Shown: positions 13,591 through 26,260 of the stretch, piece after piece
How the letters are laid out: each line of letters opens with the position of its first letter
Position numbering within the stretch: the first letter of the stretch is position 1
Source: Burkholderiales bacterium
Lineage (GTDB): Bacteria; Pseudomonadota; Gammaproteobacteria; Burkholderiales; SG8-39
Direction of reading: 5' to 3'
Length of the DNA stretch: 54,261 nucleotides
Assembly: GCA_025458245.1 (NCBI GenBank)
Contig: JALOSW010000001.1
Location: 1-54,261 of the forward strand
Notes under the pieces: model-generated
What the model saw: only the letters and a program-made list of their open reading frames with translations
Databases searched by the model: none
Told to the model about the DNA's origin: nothing
Translations under genes and position numbers: made by a program

Positions 13591-14922
13591 TTAGACGCGT
13601 GCTTCGACGTAAGGGTTCCGGCCCGTGCGAAAGCGCACGGCGAGCGGCGTGCCGAAGAGATCGAACGCCTCGCGGAACGTCGCTTCCAGGTAGCGCCGAT
13701 AGCTGTCGGGCACGTTGTCGAGCGCGGTGCCGTGGATCACGACGACCGGCGGATTGGAGCCGCCCTGGTGCGCGTAGCGGAGCTTCGGGCGCGAATACCC
13801 GGCGCGCGGCGGCGGCTGCTTCGTCACCGCGTCCTGCAGAACGCGCGTGAGCTTCGGCGTGGCGAGCTTGGCCATGGCCGCGCGGTATGCCTCGTCCACC
13901 GAGCGCAGCACGCCCGCGATCCCCTCACCCTCGCGCGCCGAGACGTAGTGAACCCGCGCGAACGACAGGAACGCGAGCTTGCGCGAGACCTGACGTCTGA
14001 TCTGTTCGCGCGCATAGGTGTCCAGACCGTCCCATTTGTTCACGGCGACGACGATCGCGCGGCCTCGCTCTAGCACGAACCCGGCGATGTGCGCGTCCTG
14101 CTCGGTGATCTCCGCGCGCGCGTCGAGGAGCAGCACGACGACGTTCGACTGGTCGATCGCTTGCAGCGTCTTCACCACCGAGAACTTCTCGACAGCCTCG
14201 AACACGCGCCCCTTCTTGCGCAGGCCCGCCGTGTCGATGAGCACGTAGCGTCGATCGCCGCGCGTGAACTCGACCTCGATCGCGTCGCGTGTGGTTCCGG
14301 GCTGGTCGAACGCGATGAGTCGGTCTTCGCCGAGCAGCGTGTTCACCAGCGTGGATTTGCCGGCGTTCGGGCGCCCCACCACCGCGACGCGCGGCGCGTC
14401 TCCCGGCTCCGGCTCCTGCTCGACCTCCTCGGGAAAGGCTGCGAGCGCCTCCTCCATGAGCGCGCGCACGCCCTCGCCATGCGAGGCCGAGATCGCGTGG
14501 GGCGCGCCGACCCCGAGTTCGTGGAACTCCGCGGTGACGACGGGCGTGTCCATGCCTTCGGTCTTGTTGACCGCGAGAAACACGGGCGCAGGCAGCCTGC
14601 GAAGTTCATCGGCGATGCGGCGATCCTGCGGCGTCAGGCCGTCGCGCCCGTCGACGAGGAAGATCACCGCGTCGGCCTCGGCGAGCGCCGCCTTGGTCTG
14701 CTGCGCCATGCGCTCGAGGATGCCTTCCTTCGCCACCGGCTCGAGACCGCCGGTGTCGACGACGAGGTACGGCTTGTCGCCGACGCGGCCATGGCCATAG
14801 TGCCGGTCGCGCGTGAGTCCCGGCACGTCCGCAACGAGCGCTTCGCGCGACCGGGTGAGCCGATTGAATAAAGTCGACTTGCCGACGTTCGGGCGGCCGA
14901 CGAGGACGAGCGTGGGCTTCAC
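13591..14922 (-). CDS. der: Ribosome-biogenesis GTPase Der (EngA), tandem GTPase domains
   Basis: 443 aa, GTG start. Two G domains ([12 protein letters not shown] and [12 protein letters not shown]) followed by a KH-like C-terminus. Confidence 0.95.
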   Translation of the reverse strand: MKPTLVLVGRPNVGKSTLFNRLTRSREALVADVPGLTRDRHYGHGRVGDKPYLVVDTGGLEPVAKEGILERMAQQTKAALAEADAVIFLVDGRDGLTPQDRRIADELRRLPAPVFLAVNKTEGMDTPVVTAEFHELGVGAPHAISASHGEGVRALMEEALAAFPEEVEQEPEPGDAPRVAVVGRPNAGKSTLVNTLLGEDRLIAFDQPGTTRDAIEVEFTRGDRRYVLIDTAGLRKKGRVFEAVEKFSVVKTLQAIDQSNVVVLLLDARAEITEQDAHIAGFVLERGRAIVVAVNKWDGLDTYAREQIRRQVSRKLAFLSFARVHYVSAREGEGIAGVLRSVDEAYRAAMAKLATPKLTRVLQDAVTKQPPPRAGYSRPKLRYAHQGGSNPPVVVIHGTALDNVPDSYRRYLEATFREAFDLFGTPLAVRFRTGRNPYVEARV

Positions 14923-15030
14923 GGCACCGGGTTTCCGGCAATGCGCCGGCGCGCGGATGCTGCGGGCACGCGGTACGCGCCCTGACGAAAGATATCGGAG
15001 CGCCGCGCGCGCATCACGGGCCGACGGCGC

Positions 15031-16212
15031 TCAGTCGAGCGCGATCGCGTAAACGCCGCCGTTGCGGGTTTGCACGAGGAAGCCGCGCTCGAAGGGCTCG
15101 GGGTTGGTGCTGATCGCCGAGCCGTCGGTCGCCACGCGGCCTACGATCGCGCCGTTGTCGCGCGCGAGCACGTGGACGAAGCCCTGCACGTCGGCAACGA
15201 CGACCTGGCGGTCGACCGGCAGCGGCGCGGAGAGATTGCGGAACGCGAGCTTGTCCTGCTTCCAGACGCTGCGCCCGGTGGCTCGGTCGAGGGCGTGCAC
15301 ACCGCCCTTGTCGTCGCTCACGAACACGAAGCGGCCGTCGCCGAGCACGCCGGACGTGCTCGACAGATCCCGCGTCCAGGCGGGCGTGCCGTTCGCCAGG
15401 TCGAAGCACGCGGTCCGCCCCTGGTAGGCGACCGCGCACACTTCGCGCTCGGACGTCCACGGTCGACCGACCACGTCGGTCACGCGCTCGAGCTCGGTGG
15501 TGCCCTTGGGCACCGCGACGTTGCCCTCCCAGCGCACGGCACCGGTCGCCGGGGCGAGCGCGACCAGCCGGCCGCCCGAGAAGCCGGCGAGGATCAGGCC
15601 GCCGGCCGTGGAAACGCCCACGGTCGAGCGCACCGCAAGCGGCGGCAGCGCCCGCTGGTACACCCATCGCCGCTTACCATCGGTCGCGTCCAGCGCGAAG
15701 ATTCGGTTGTCGGCCGCGCGCACCACCACGAGATCGCCGACCACGATCGGTGCTGCCAGCACTTCGCTCGAAACACGCGAGCGCCAGCGCCGCTCGCCGT
15801 TCGCGTCGAGCGCGATCGCGTCGCCCTCCTCCGAGCCGACGACGACGAGATCCTTGGACGCGCCGACGCCGGCGGAGAGCCGCACCCCCGCGTTGACGCG
15901 CCAGATCTGCCGGCCGCTCGCCGCGTCGAGGGCGACCACGGTGCCGTCGGCCGCCGCGGCGTACACGCGGTCGCCGACGCGCGCAGGCGTGAAGATGGCA
16001 CCCCCGGACGGACCCACGCTCACCTGCCAGACGACCCGCGCCTTGATCGCGTCCGGCGCGACCGGCGGCAGCGGCGCCATCTTCGCCGACGCCTTGGTGC
16101 CGCCGAACCAGTCGAGCGGATTCAGCGAGAAGTCGCGCCACATGCTCGTGCCCGAGCGCGTCGAGCACCCTGCGAGCGCGGCGACGAGGAGGAGCAAGGC
16201 GATGCCGCGCAT
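15031..16212 (-). CDS. bamB: Outer-membrane assembly lipoprotein BamB (PQQ-like beta-propeller)
   Basis: 393 aa from MRGIALLLLVAALAGCS (lipobox). Repeated propeller blades such as ALDAxxGxxxW. Its ATG overlaps the stop of the upstream gene. Confidence 0.88.
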   Translation of the reverse strand: MRGIALLLLVAALAGCSTRSGTSMWRDFSLNPLDWFGGTKASAKMAPLPPVAPDAIKARVVWQVSVGPSGGAIFTPARVGDRVYAAAADGTVVALDAASGRQIWRVNAGVRLSAGVGASKDLVVVGSEEGDAIALDANGERRWRSRVSSEVLAAPIVVGDLVVVRAADNRIFALDATDGKRRWVYQRALPPLAVRSTVGVSTAGGLILAGFSGGRLVALAPATGAVRWEGNVAVPKGTTELERVTDVVGRPWTSEREVCAVAYQGRTACFDLANGTPAWTRDLSSTSGVLGDGRFVFVSDDKGGVHALDRATGRSVWKQDKLAFRNLSAPLPVDRQVVVADVQGFVHVLARDNGAIVGRVATDGSAISTNPEPFERGFLVQTRNGGVYAIALD

Positions 16213-16850
16213 CAGCCCGCCCCGAGCGCGTCGAGCTTCATCTGCAGCGCCTCGCGGGCGCCAGGGTCGCCGCGCTCGACCTTCTCCAGAGCCGCCTTGT
16301 AGGCGGCGCGCGCCTCGGCCTTCGCGCCCTTCGCGGCGAGGATGTCGCCCTTCACGGCGGAAACCAGGCCGTCGAACGGCCCGCCGGCCGATACCGCGGC
16401 GAGCACCTTCAGCGCGTCGTCGTAGGCCTTCTCGTCGTAGAGCACCGTGGCGAGGCGCACGCGCGCGATCGCCTCGAGCTCGGGATCTTTCGCGTTGTCG
16501 GCCACCCACTGCAGCTGCACGCGGGCGGTCTTTGCATCGCCTGAGCCGTACGCGCTCTTCGCCGAGAGCAGCGCGCCGAGGGAGGCATAGACAGTGCGCG
16601 GGTACTTGTCGATCAGCGCGCCGGCGACGTCGCGAATCCGCTTGCCGTCGTTCGCGCGCGCCGCCTTCTGCAGCTCGCCGTAGAGCGCAGCGGCGCCCGC
16701 GGACTGGGTGCGCTGCCAGTAGCGCCAACCCTCGAATGCCGCGAAGGCGAGGGACGCAGCGAGCAGCGCGAGCACCACGAGGTTGCCGTACTGCTTCCAC
16801 CACGCCTTCAGAGCGGCCAGTTGTTCCTGCTCTTCGAGATCGTATGCCAT
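16212..16850 (-). CDS. YfgM-like membrane-anchored TPR protein
   Basis: 212 aa with one N-terminal TM segment followed by TPR-like helices. Sits in the conserved hisS-yfgM-bamB-der order, with ATGA overlaps on both sides. Confidence 0.7.
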   Translation of the reverse strand: MAYDLEEQEQLAALKAWWKQYGNLVVLALLAASLAFAAFEGWRYWQRTQSAGAAALYGELQKAARANDGKRIRDVAGALIDKYPRTVYASLGALLSAKSAYGSGDAKTARVQLQWVADNAKDPELEAIARVRLATVLYDEKAYDDALKVLAAVSAGGPFDGLVSAVKGDILAAKGAKAEARAAYKAALEKVERGDPGAREALQMKLDALGAG

Positions 16851-18133
16851 CAGTCGCTTCGCCCACCGTATAGAAGTTCGCTCACTGCCTGCGGCAGCGC
16901 CGCCAGCGCCACGCGTGCCTGCGGCCGCTCTTCGCGGAGCGCCTTGATCGAGGCCTCGCCTGCCGCGGCCTCGTCGTCGCCGACGATCACCGCGACGCTC
17001 GCACGGCTCGCGTCGGCCCGCTTCATCTGCGACTTGAAGCTGCCGCCGCCCGCGTGCTGCAGCACCGAGAGCCCGTGCCCACGCAGCCGCTCCGCCACCG
17101 TGAACGCGAAGCGGTCTGCGGTCGCCCCCTGATGCACCAAGTACACGTCGAGCGGCTCGCCGGAATCCGCCGCGCCGCCCTCGCGCATGAGCGCGATCAG
17201 GCGCTCGACGCCCATCGCGAAACCGCAGGCCGGCGCCGGCTTCCCGCCGATCAGCTCGACGAGACCATCGTAGCGCCCGCCCCCGCACACGGTGCCCTGC
17301 GCGCCGAGCCGGTCGGTGACCCACTCCGACACCGTGAGGTTGTAATAGTCGAGGCCGCGCACGAGCCTCGGGTCGACGCGATACGGGATGCCAGCGTCCT
17401 TGAGCACCGCCTGCACCGCTTCGAAATGCGCGAGGGAGGCCTCGCCCAGCTGGTCGAGCAGCCGCGGCGCGCCCTCGATCATCGCCTGCATCGCCGGATT
17501 CTTGGAGTCGAGCACGCGCAGCGGGTTGGTCGCGAGCCGCCGGCGCGAGTCCTCGTCGAGCGTTTCGCGATGCGATTCGAGGTAAGCGACCAACGCGGCG
17601 CGGTGGCGCTGCCGCTCCTCGGGGCTGCCGAGCGAGTTCAGGTGCAGGCGGATCCCGGAGAGGCCGAGGTCGTCCCACAACCGCGCGCACATCAGCAGGT
17701 GCTCGGCGTCGATATCGGGCCCCGGAAGGCCGAGCGCCTCGACGCCGATCTGGTGGAACTGTCGGTAGCGGCCCTTCTGCGGCCGCTCGTGCCGGAACAT
17801 CGGCCCCGCGTACCAGAGCCGCTGCGGCCCGGCGTAGAGGAGGTTGTGTTGAACCACCGCGCGGACGCACGAGGCCGTGCCCTCGGGGCGCAGGGTCAGA
17901 TGCTCGCCGTTCAGTTCGTCGACGAAGGAATACATCTCCTTCTCGACGATATCGGTCGCCTCGCCGATCGCCCGCCGGAAGAGCGGGGTCGGCTCCACGA
18001 TCGGCATGCGGATATTCCGGTAGCCGTAGCTGCGCAGCCACGACCGGACCGTGTCCTCGAAGCGCTCCCACAGGGGCGCGTCGTCCGGCAGGATGTCGTT
18101 CATCCCCCGGATGGCTTGCAAGGTCTGGCTCAT
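16850..18133 (-). CDS. hisS: Histidine--tRNA ligase
   Basis: 427 aa from [16 protein letters not shown]. Class II motifs ([15 protein letters not shown]). Confidence 0.95.
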   Translation of the reverse strand: MSQTLQAIRGMNDILPDDAPLWERFEDTVRSWLRSYGYRNIRMPIVEPTPLFRRAIGEATDIVEKEMYSFVDELNGEHLTLRPEGTASCVRAVVQHNLLYAGPQRLWYAGPMFRHERPQKGRYRQFHQIGVEALGLPGPDIDAEHLLMCARLWDDLGLSGIRLHLNSLGSPEERQRHRAALVAYLESHRETLDEDSRRRLATNPLRVLDSKNPAMQAMIEGAPRLLDQLGEASLAHFEAVQAVLKDAGIPYRVDPRLVRGLDYYNLTVSEWVTDRLGAQGTVCGGGRYDGLVELIGGKPAPACGFAMGVERLIALMREGGAADSGEPLDVYLVHQGATADRFAFTVAERLRGHGLSVLQHAGGGSFKSQMKRADASRASVAVIVGDDEAAAGEASIKALREERPQARVALAALPQAVSELLYGGRSD

Positions 18134-18155
18134 GGGAATGCGGGCCCGCCGCGAA

Positions 18156-19427
18156 TCAGGCGGGCGTCCGGCGCGCCTCCGACCCCGCGGCCTGCGCGCG
18201 CGGCGCGCCCCGGCGGTAGTTCGTCCTGACGTATTCGGCGACGATCGCCTGGAACTCCTCGGCGATGGCATCGCCTTTCAACGTGACGGTCTTGCGGCCA
18301 TCGACGTACACCGGCGCGACCGGAACCTCGCCCGTGCCGGGCAGGCTGATGCCGATGTTGGCGAGCTTCGACTCGCCGGGTCCGTTGACCACGCATCCCA
18401 TCACGGCGACGTGCATATCTTCGACGCCCGGATAGTCGCGCCGCCAGACGGGCATCTGCTCGCGCAGGAAATGCTGGATCTTGGCGGCGAGCTCCTGGAA
18501 GGTGGTGCTCGTGGTCCGGCCGCATCCCGGGCACGCGGTGACCATCGGGGTGAACGACCGCAGCCCCATCGTCTGCAGGATCTCCTGCGCGACCACCACC
18601 TCGCGCGTGCGGTCGCCGCCGGGCTCGGGCGTGAGCGAAACCCGGATGGTGTCGCCGATTCCTTCCTGCAGCAGCACGGCCATCGCCGCCGTCGAGGCGA
18701 CGATGCCCTTCGACCCCATCCCCGCCTCGGTGAGGCCGAGGTGCAGCGGATAGTCGCAGCGGCGCGCGAGGTCGCGGTAGACGGCGATCAAGTGCTGCAC
18801 GCTGCTCACCTTGCAGGAGATCACGATCGCGTCTCCGGGAAGGCCCAGCTCCTCGGCGCGCGCGGCGCTGTCGAGAGCCGAGGTCACGAGCGCCTCGCGC
18901 ATCACGGCTTCGGCCTCGAGCGGCTGCGCGCGCCGCGCGTTCTCGTCCATCAGGCGCGCGAGCAGCGCCTGGTCGAGGCTGCCCCAATTGACGCCGATGC
19001 GCACCGGCTTCCCGAGACGGCAAGCCGTCTCGATCATGCTGGCGAACTGCTCGTCGCGCTTCGCGCCGCGGCCGACGTTGCCGGGGTTGATGCGGTACTT
19101 CGCCAGCGCGGCCGCGCAGGCGGCGTTCGCGGCGAGGAGCCTGTGGCCGTTGAAATGGAAGTCGCCGACGAGCGGCACGTCGCAGCCTGCCGCATCGAGG
19201 CGCTCGCGAATGTGCGGTACCGCCGCGGCTGCCTCCTCCGTGTTGACCGTCACGCGCACGATCTCGGAGCCTGCCCGGGCGAGCGCGCGGACCTGCCGCA
19301 CCGTGGCCTCGACATCGGCGGTGTCGGTGTTGGTCATCGATTGCACGACGATGGGCGCGTCGCCGCCGACGCGGACACTGCCGACCCGCACCTGGCGCGA
19401 CCTGCGCCGCAGAATGGGCGATCGCAC
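18156..19427 (-). CDS. ispG: 4-hydroxy-3-methylbut-2-enyl diphosphate synthase IspG
   Basis: 423 aa, [11 protein letters not shown]...ACPGCGRT...[13 protein letters not shown] start. Confidence 0.95.
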   Translation of the reverse strand: MRSPILRRRSRQVRVGSVRVGGDAPIVVQSMTNTDTADVEATVRQVRALARAGSEIVRVTVNTEEAAAAVPHIRERLDAAGCDVPLVGDFHFNGHRLLAANAACAAALAKYRINPGNVGRGAKRDEQFASMIETACRLGKPVRIGVNWGSLDQALLARLMDENARRAQPLEAEAVMREALVTSALDSAARAEELGLPGDAIVISCKVSSVQHLIAVYRDLARRCDYPLHLGLTEAGMGSKGIVASTAAMAVLLQEGIGDTIRVSLTPEPGGDRTREVVVAQEILQTMGLRSFTPMVTACPGCGRTTSTTFQELAAKIQHFLREQMPVWRRDYPGVEDMHVAVMGCVVNGPGESKLANIGISLPGTGEVPVAPVYVDGRKTVTLKGDAIAEEFQAIVAEYVRTNYRRGAPRAQAAGSEARRTPA

Positions 19428-19433
19428 GGCCGC

Positions 19434-20279
19434 TCAGTCCAACGTCACGCGCGCGATGTCCACGCGCGTGTAGGGTTTTAGGTCGAACGCCTCGTCGTTG
19501 ACCGTCATGCGCACCCCGCTCGCATTGCCTATGACGATCTGCAGCGGCGCCACGCCCTCGACGACCTGCCGGCTTCCCTGCGGATTGACCCGCGAGAGCA
19601 GCGTGTTGCCATCCGCATCCTTTATTTCGACCCAGCTCTCCCGGTCGAACTCGAGGCGCAGCCGCTTGGTCGCGGCGACGAGCGGCGGGGATGCCGGCTC
19701 CGCACCGGGCGTCGCCCGCGCTTCGTCGGCCTTGACGGGCTCGGCCGGAGCCGGCGCCGGGACGACCGGCACCGAATCGCCCGACGCCGGCGCGGGCGGC
19801 AACGGCACCGGCTGGGCGCTCTCGGCGCGTGTCGGCGCCGCAGGCGGCGGCGCGGCAACGCGCGCGGCCTCGCGCATCCTGAGCACCCAGTCGCCCGCCA
19901 CGAGGCCCGCCGCGACGAGCACGGCCAGGGAGAGCAGGAGATACACGCGGCTCGAGCGCCTGGGCCCGGCCTGAAACGGCACCCTCAGATCCGTCATGCT
20001 CGCGAGCGGCTTGGGCCCTTCGCCGAGCTGCGCCGACACGTCGCGAACGAGGCTTTCCGCATCCAGCCCGAGGAAGCGCGCGTAGGTGCGCACCATCCCG
20101 CGCACGAAGGTCGCCCCGGGCAGCGCGCGGTAGTCGTCGGCCTCGATGGCCTCGATCTGTCGCGGCGCGAACTTCAAGTGCATCGCCACGTCGGAAACCG
20201 TCAGGCCGCGCGCCTCGCGTGCCCTCGCGAGCGACGCGCCCAGCGTCGCGGCCGTTGCGTCGGCTGCCGCCTCGCTCAT
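19434..20279 (-). CDS. rodZ: RodZ-like cytoskeleton protein (HTH, TM, Pro-rich linker, DUF4115-like C-terminus)
   Basis: 281 aa from MSEAAAD. Domain order read from the sequence. Its ATG overlaps the pilW stop. Confidence 0.75.
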   Translation of the reverse strand: MSEAAADATAATLGASLARAREARGLTVSDVAMHLKFAPRQIEAIEADDYRALPGATFVRGMVRTYARFLGLDAESLVRDVSAQLGEGPKPLASMTDLRVPFQAGPRRSSRVYLLLSLAVLVAAGLVAGDWVLRMREAARVAAPPPAAPTRAESAQPVPLPPAPASGDSVPVVPAPAPAEPVKADEARATPGAEPASPPLVAATKRLRLEFDRESWVEIKDADGNTLLSRVNPQGSRQVVEGVAPLQIVIGNASGVRMTVNDEAFDLKPYTRVDIARVTLD

Positions 20280-21094
20280 TCGAATTTGCCCTGCAGGAGG
20301 TCCCGGTACTCGTCGGAGTTCGGGTACCGGCGGCGCAGCTGCGTCGCGAACGCGGACTCCGCCGCGCGGTCGCCGATCCGGCGCTCGATGCGGATGCCGA
20401 GCCAGAGCGATGCCGCGGTCGGCTCCACGAGCTTGTGGAAGCGCGCGAGCAGCTGCTGGGCGTCGCGCACGCGGTCGCGCCGGTATTGCAGGTCGGCGTA
20501 CGAGAGGAGCGCCGTCACGTTGTTCGGATCGAGCCGCAGGGCGCGCTCGAAATACTCCCCCGCCTGCGCGAGCTGCTGGCTGTCGGACGCGCGGCGCAGC
20601 GTGCACTGCCCGGCGGCGGCATACGACTTCGACGGCGCGCGGTAGAGCGGCGCAGCGATCGCCTTCATGAAAAGCGAGATGGACTCGTTCTCGCGCCCCG
20701 TCTGGCAGAGGTACCAGCCGTAGTTGTGCAGCAGATCCGGGTCGTTGGGCGTCAGCTGCAGCGCGCGGTTGAAGCTCTGCTGGGCGGCCTGGGTGTCCTT
20801 CAGGTCCATGTACACGAGGCCCTGGACGTTGTACGCCGGCGCGTAGTTCGCGTCCGCGGCAAGCGCGTAGCGGATCTCCTCGAGGGCCACGCCCATGTTG
20901 CCGAGCTCGTAGTAAGCGGCCGCGAGATCGGTGTGCGCCTTGGCGCGCGAGCGCGCGTCGGCGCGCTCGCCGATGACGACGAGTTCGGGATCGGTCGGGT
21001 TCACCGTCTCGACCTTCGTCTCCTGCTGCGCGCAGGCCGCGAGCGCGAGCGCGCCCGCTGCTACGGCCATGCGCCGCCCGATCGATCGCCTCAT
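20276..21094 (-). CDS. pilW: TPR lipoprotein, PilW-like type IV pilus biogenesis/stability protein
   Basis: 272 aa with lipobox LALAAC and TPR repeats. Sits in the conserved rlmN-pilW-rodZ-ispG order. Confidence 0.6.
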   Translation of the reverse strand: MRRSIGRRMAVAAGALALAACAQQETKVETVNPTDPELVVIGERADARSRAKAHTDLAAAYYELGNMGVALEEIRYALAADANYAPAYNVQGLVYMDLKDTQAAQQSFNRALQLTPNDPDLLHNYGWYLCQTGRENESISLFMKAIAAPLYRAPSKSYAAAGQCTLRRASDSQQLAQAGEYFERALRLDPNNVTALLSYADLQYRRDRVRDAQQLLARFHKLVEPTAASLWLGIRIERRIGDRAAESAFATQLRRRYPNSDEYRDLLQGKFE

Positions 21095-22218
21095 GTCGCC
21101 ATCCTGGTAAGTCTTTGCACGCGCCGCGTGCGGTCCTTGATGCGTCCCGCGAGCTGACCGCAGGCGGCGTCGATGTCGTCCCCGCGCGTCTTGCGCGTGG
21201 TCGTCACCAGGCCGGCCGCGTTCAGGCGCTCGCTGAAGACGCGGATCGCCTCGCGCGGCGAGCGCTCGAAGCCGGAGTCGGGGAACGGGTTGAACGGGAT
21301 CAGGTTCACCTTGCTCGGCACGTCCGCGAGCAAGCGCACCAGTTCGTCTGCGTGCCCGGGACCATCGTTCACGCCGGCGAGCATCACGTATTCGAACGTG
21401 ATGAAGTCGCGCGGCGCGCGGTCGAGATAGCGCCGGCAGGCGGCGAGGAGTTCCGCGAGCGGGTATTTGCGGTTGATCGGCATGATCCGGTCGCGCAATG
21501 CGTCCGTCGGCGCATGCAGCGACACCGCGAGCGCCACCGGGCACTCGTCGCGCAGGCGATCGATCAGGGGAACGATGCCCGAGGTCGACACCGTCACCCG
21601 CCGGCGCGAAAGGCCGTACGCGTTGTCGTCCAGCATCAGCCGGAGCGCGGGCACGACGTTGTCGAAGTTGAGCAGCGGCTCGCCCATGCCCATCAGCACC
21701 ACGTTGCTCACCGGGCGGTCCTCGCAGGGCTCGCCCGCCGCGTCGCCCGCACGCGGCAGCCGCGCCACCGCGCCGCGGAGCGCCCGCGCGGCGAGCCAAA
21801 GTTGCCCGATGATCTCGGCCGTGGTCAGGTTCCGGTTGAAGCCCTGCCTTCCGGTCGAGCAGAACCGGCACTCCATGCCGCATCCGGCCTGGGTCGAGAT
21901 GCAGAGCGTGCCGCGGTCGTCCTCGGGGATGAACACCGTCTCGATCGCGTTGGCGTTGCCGACATCGAGCAGGAACTTGCGCGTGGCGTCCGCGGCGACC
22001 GTGTCCGAGACCACCCGCGGCGCCTCGATCACCGCCGTCTCCTCGAGCCGCGCGCGGAGCGACTTCGCGATGTCGCTCATCTCGGCGAAACTCGACGCGC
22101 CCCCGCGGTGGATCCACCGCAGCACCTGCCGGGCACGAAACGGCTTCTCGCCGAGTTCGGCGAAGAAGCGCTCGAGCGCGGCGGCGTCGAGGCCGAGGAG
22201 GTTCGTCTTTTCGGACAC
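21091..22218 (-). CDS. rlmN: Radical-SAM 23S rRNA/tRNA m2A methyltransferase RlmN
   Basis: 375 aa, [16 protein letters not shown] (CxxxCxxC). GTG start. Confidence 0.93.
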   Translation of the reverse strand: MSEKTNLLGLDAAALERFFAELGEKPFRARQVLRWIHRGGASSFAEMSDIAKSLRARLEETAVIEAPRVVSDTVAADATRKFLLDVGNANAIETVFIPEDDRGTLCISTQAGCGMECRFCSTGRQGFNRNLTTAEIIGQLWLAARALRGAVARLPRAGDAAGEPCEDRPVSNVVLMGMGEPLLNFDNVVPALRLMLDDNAYGLSRRRVTVSTSGIVPLIDRLRDECPVALAVSLHAPTDALRDRIMPINRKYPLAELLAACRRYLDRAPRDFITFEYVMLAGVNDGPGHADELVRLLADVPSKVNLIPFNPFPDSGFERSPREAIRVFSERLNAAGLVTTTRKTRGDDIDAACGQLAGRIKDRTRRVQRLTRMAT

Positions 22219-22230
22219 GGAGCGCCCGGT

Positions 22231-22656
22231 TCAGCGCGAGAAGATCTCGAGCTCGGGAAAGAAGTACGCGATCTCGTTCCTGGCGGTATCGGCGCCGTCG
22301 GAGCCGTGCACCGCGTTCGCGTCGATCGACTCGGCGAAATCGGCGCGGATGGTTCCCTTCTCGGCTTTCTTCGGATCGGTCGCGCCCATGAGTTCGCGGT
22401 TCTTCGCGATCGCGCCCTCGCCCTCGAGCACCTGCACCATCACCGGGCCCGAGGTCATGAACTTGACGAGATCGGCGAAGAACGGGCGCGCCCGGTGCAC
22501 CGCGTAGAAGCCTTCGGCTTCGGCTTGCGAGAGGTACATCATTTTCCCGGCGATGATCTTGAGCCCGTTCGTCTCGAACCGGGAGTAGATCTTACCGATG
22601 ACGTTTTTCGCCACCGCGTCGGGCTTGATGATCGAAAGGGTCCGTTCGACCGCCAT
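22231..22656 (-). CDS. ndk: Nucleoside diphosphate kinase
   Basis: 141 aa, [12 protein letters not shown]...NAVHGSD. RBS GGAGA. The upstream region is AT-rich and has a TAGAAT -10-like hexamer at 22699-22704. Confidence 0.97.
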   Translation of the reverse strand: MAVERTLSIIKPDAVAKNVIGKIYSRFETNGLKIIAGKMMYLSQAEAEGFYAVHRARPFFADLVKFMTSGPVMVQVLEGEGAIAKNRELMGATDPKKAEKGTIRADFAESIDANAVHGSDGADTARNEIAYFFPELEIFSR

Positions 22657-24129
22657 TTGTTATTCTCCTGAGCTGTTCAAAGAAAAATATAACCCATTAT
22701 TCTAGCGTGATTTTCGGGGAATGTCGCGGGGCAGTACGCAGCCTCGCTGCGCGCCCCGTGCCCGCGCGCACGGGGCCAGCCCCGGAACACGCCGCGCCAG
22801 CAAACGCCGACCTAGGCTGGCTCCCAATGGGGAAGCAGGCCGGCCTCGCCGGGGCGGGCGCGGAACTCCCAGGCGGTCCCCACGCCCGGCGCCCATGCGA
22901 GGTCGTCGCCGCAGAACACGAGCGGCAACCGGCCGCGCCGCCACGGCGGCACGCCGGACTCTTGGAGCAGGTCTTTCAGCGCCCGGCGCGGGCTGCGCTC
23001 GTGCAGCCGCAGGCGCTCCCCGCCCCGCCTCGTGCGCACGCGCAGCCCACGGACGGATGCGCTCGCCGCGATGCCCTCTCCCTCGTATGCGCCCACTCGG
23101 AGGGTTCCCGACAGGGTGGGAAGGTGGAGCGCCTCTCCGCCGGACCACGGGATGTCCAGGGCGCCGGGCGCGGTTGCAGCCGCTTCCTTGTCGATCCACA
23201 GCACGCCTCGATATCGCCGCACGCAGAATGCCCCGAGCCGGAACTCGACGTTCCGGTCGCCGCGCGCCGTCACGAGTTGCCGCAGCATCTCCGCGAGCGC
23301 GCGCGACTCGGGGAGCGGCACGCTGCGCTGCGCAAGATGGAAGCGCAGCAGGTTGCGAGCGCGCGGTTCTGCGAGCTGCGCGAGGCCCGCGACGGTCAGC
23401 CGGCCGGCATCGAGCGCCGCAGCCTCGTCGATTCGCGCGAGATCCTCCGCGAGCCTCATCGCCTCGGCGACGTGGCCGGCGCTTCTTGCGAGCGCGGGTG
23501 CCGCGTCGGCGCGCAGCTCGCGCAGCGCCGGCATCACGCGGTGACGGACGAAGCTCCGCCGCCGCGCGGGGTCGGCGTTCGACTCGTCCTCGATCCAGTC
23601 GAGCCGTCGTTCGGCCGCGTAAGCCTCGATCTCGAGGCGCGTAAGCTCGAGCAGCGGCCGCAGGATCTCAGGCTGCCCCGCGGCACCGGGGGCGATCGCG
23701 GGCATGCCGGCCAGCCCCGCGAGGCCGGTTCCGCGAACGAGCTGCACGAGCAACGTTTCGGCCTGGTCGTCGCAGTGATGCGCCAGCAGGACGAAGTCGG
23801 CGGGCGCGCGGGCATAGATCCCGTAACGAGCCGCCCTCGCCGCCCCCTCCAGCCCGAGGCGGCGAAACGGCGCGATGTCGACGCGCTCGACGGCGATCGG
23901 CACGCCGTACCGCCTTGCGACGCGAACGCAATGCGCCGCCCAGTCGTCGGCCTTTGGGCTGATCCCATGGTGCACGTGAAGCGCCGCGAGCGAGAACCCG
24001 ACCCCGGGCGCGAGCGCGACGAGCGCGTCGAGGAGCGCGGTCGAATCGACGCCGCCGGAGAATCCGAGAACGACCCGAGCGCCGCGCGCTACGCGTGGCG
24101 CGAGCACCCCGCGCACTACCGCGACGAGG

Positions 24130-25110
<981 letters not shown>

Positions 25111-25164
25111 GGCTGGGCGCCAATTCTACACAACGCCCGGCCGGGCCCCGGCGGCGCGGGACCG

Positions 25165-26241
25165 TCAGGTGTCCTGGTCGAAGTCGAGCGTCACCTTGTC
25201 GGTGACCGGATAACTCTGGCAGGTGAGCACGAAGCCGCGCGCCACCTCGTAGTCCTCGAGCGCGAAGCTCGAATCCATGTCGACCTCGCCCTCGACGAGC
25301 TTCGCCCGGCAGGTCGCGCAAATGCCGCCCTTGCAGGCGTAGGGAAGCTCGATGCCCTGCTTCAGCGCCGCCTCGAGGACCGACTCGGCGTTCTTTTCCA
25401 GCGTGAAGCGCCGCTGGCGCCCGTCCTGCACGATGGTCACTTCGCACTCGTTCGCGCCGACCACGGGATGAGCGTGATGCGCTGCGCCCTTGCGCGGCAG
25501 GCTGGTCGCGAAAATCTCCACCTTGACGCGCGACTTGTCGAAGCCGCGCTCGGCGAGCGCCGCCTGCACCTCCTCCATCATGCCTGCCGGGCCGCACACG
25601 AACACGGCGTCGACGTCCGCGAGATCGACCCAGTGGCGGAAGAGCGCCGCGCACTTGTCTCGGGTCAGGCGTCCGTTGAACAGGTCGATGTCCTGCTGCT
25701 CGCGCGAGAGGATGAACACGAGGTTGAAGCGCCCGAGGTACGCGTCCTTCAGGTCCTCGAGTTCTTCCTTGAACATCACGCTGGAGGACGCGCGGTTCCC
25801 GTAGAAGAGCGTGAACCCGCTCTGCGGCTCGGCCGCGAGCGTGGTCTTCACGACGGACAGGATCGGCGTGATGCCGCTGCCCGCGGCGAACGCGACGTAG
25901 TGCCTGCGGTTCGCGGCCGCGAGCGGGACGTTGAAGTGTCCGACCGGCGGCATGACCTCGACGGTCTGCCCGGGCGCGAGATGCTCGTTCGCCCAGTTCG
26001 AGAACCGGCCGCCGGGAACGCGCTTGATCGCGATGCGCAGCCGCTCGTCCTGCACGCCCGAGCAGATCGAGTACGACCGGCGCACGTCCTCGCCGTCCAT
26101 GTTCGCGCGCAGCGTGACGTGCTGGCCCTGCTGGTAGCGAAACGTGTCCTTAAGCTCCGGCGGCACGCGGAAGGTCACGGCCAGGGCGTCGCGCGTCTCG
26201 CGGCGGACGCTTTCGATGGCAAGCGGGTAGAAGCGGCTCAT
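25165..26241 (-). CDS. paaE: Phenylacetyl-CoA 1,2-epoxidase reductase subunit PaaE
   Basis: 358 aa counted. FNR-like FAD/NAD domains (RSYSIC, GSGITP) plus a plant-type 2Fe-2S motif (CKGGICATC). Confidence 0.88.
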   Translation of the reverse strand: MSRFYPLAIESVRRETRDALAVTFRVPPELKDTFRYQQGQHVTLRANMDGEDVRRSYSICSGVQDERLRIAIKRVPGGRFSNWANEHLAPGQTVEVMPPVGHFNVPLAAANRRHYVAFAAGSGITPILSVVKTTLAAEPQSGFTLFYGNRASSSVMFKEELEDLKDAYLGRFNLVFILSREQQDIDLFNGRLTRDKCAALFRHWVDLADVDAVFVCGPAGMMEEVQAALAERGFDKSRVKVEIFATSLPRKGAAHHAHPVVGANECEVTIVQDGRQRRFTLEKNAESVLEAALKQGIELPYACKGGICATCRAKLVEGEVDMDSSFALEDYEVARGFVLTCQSYPVTDKVTLDFDQDT

Positions 26242-26260
26242 CCGGGATGCGGTGCGGCGG

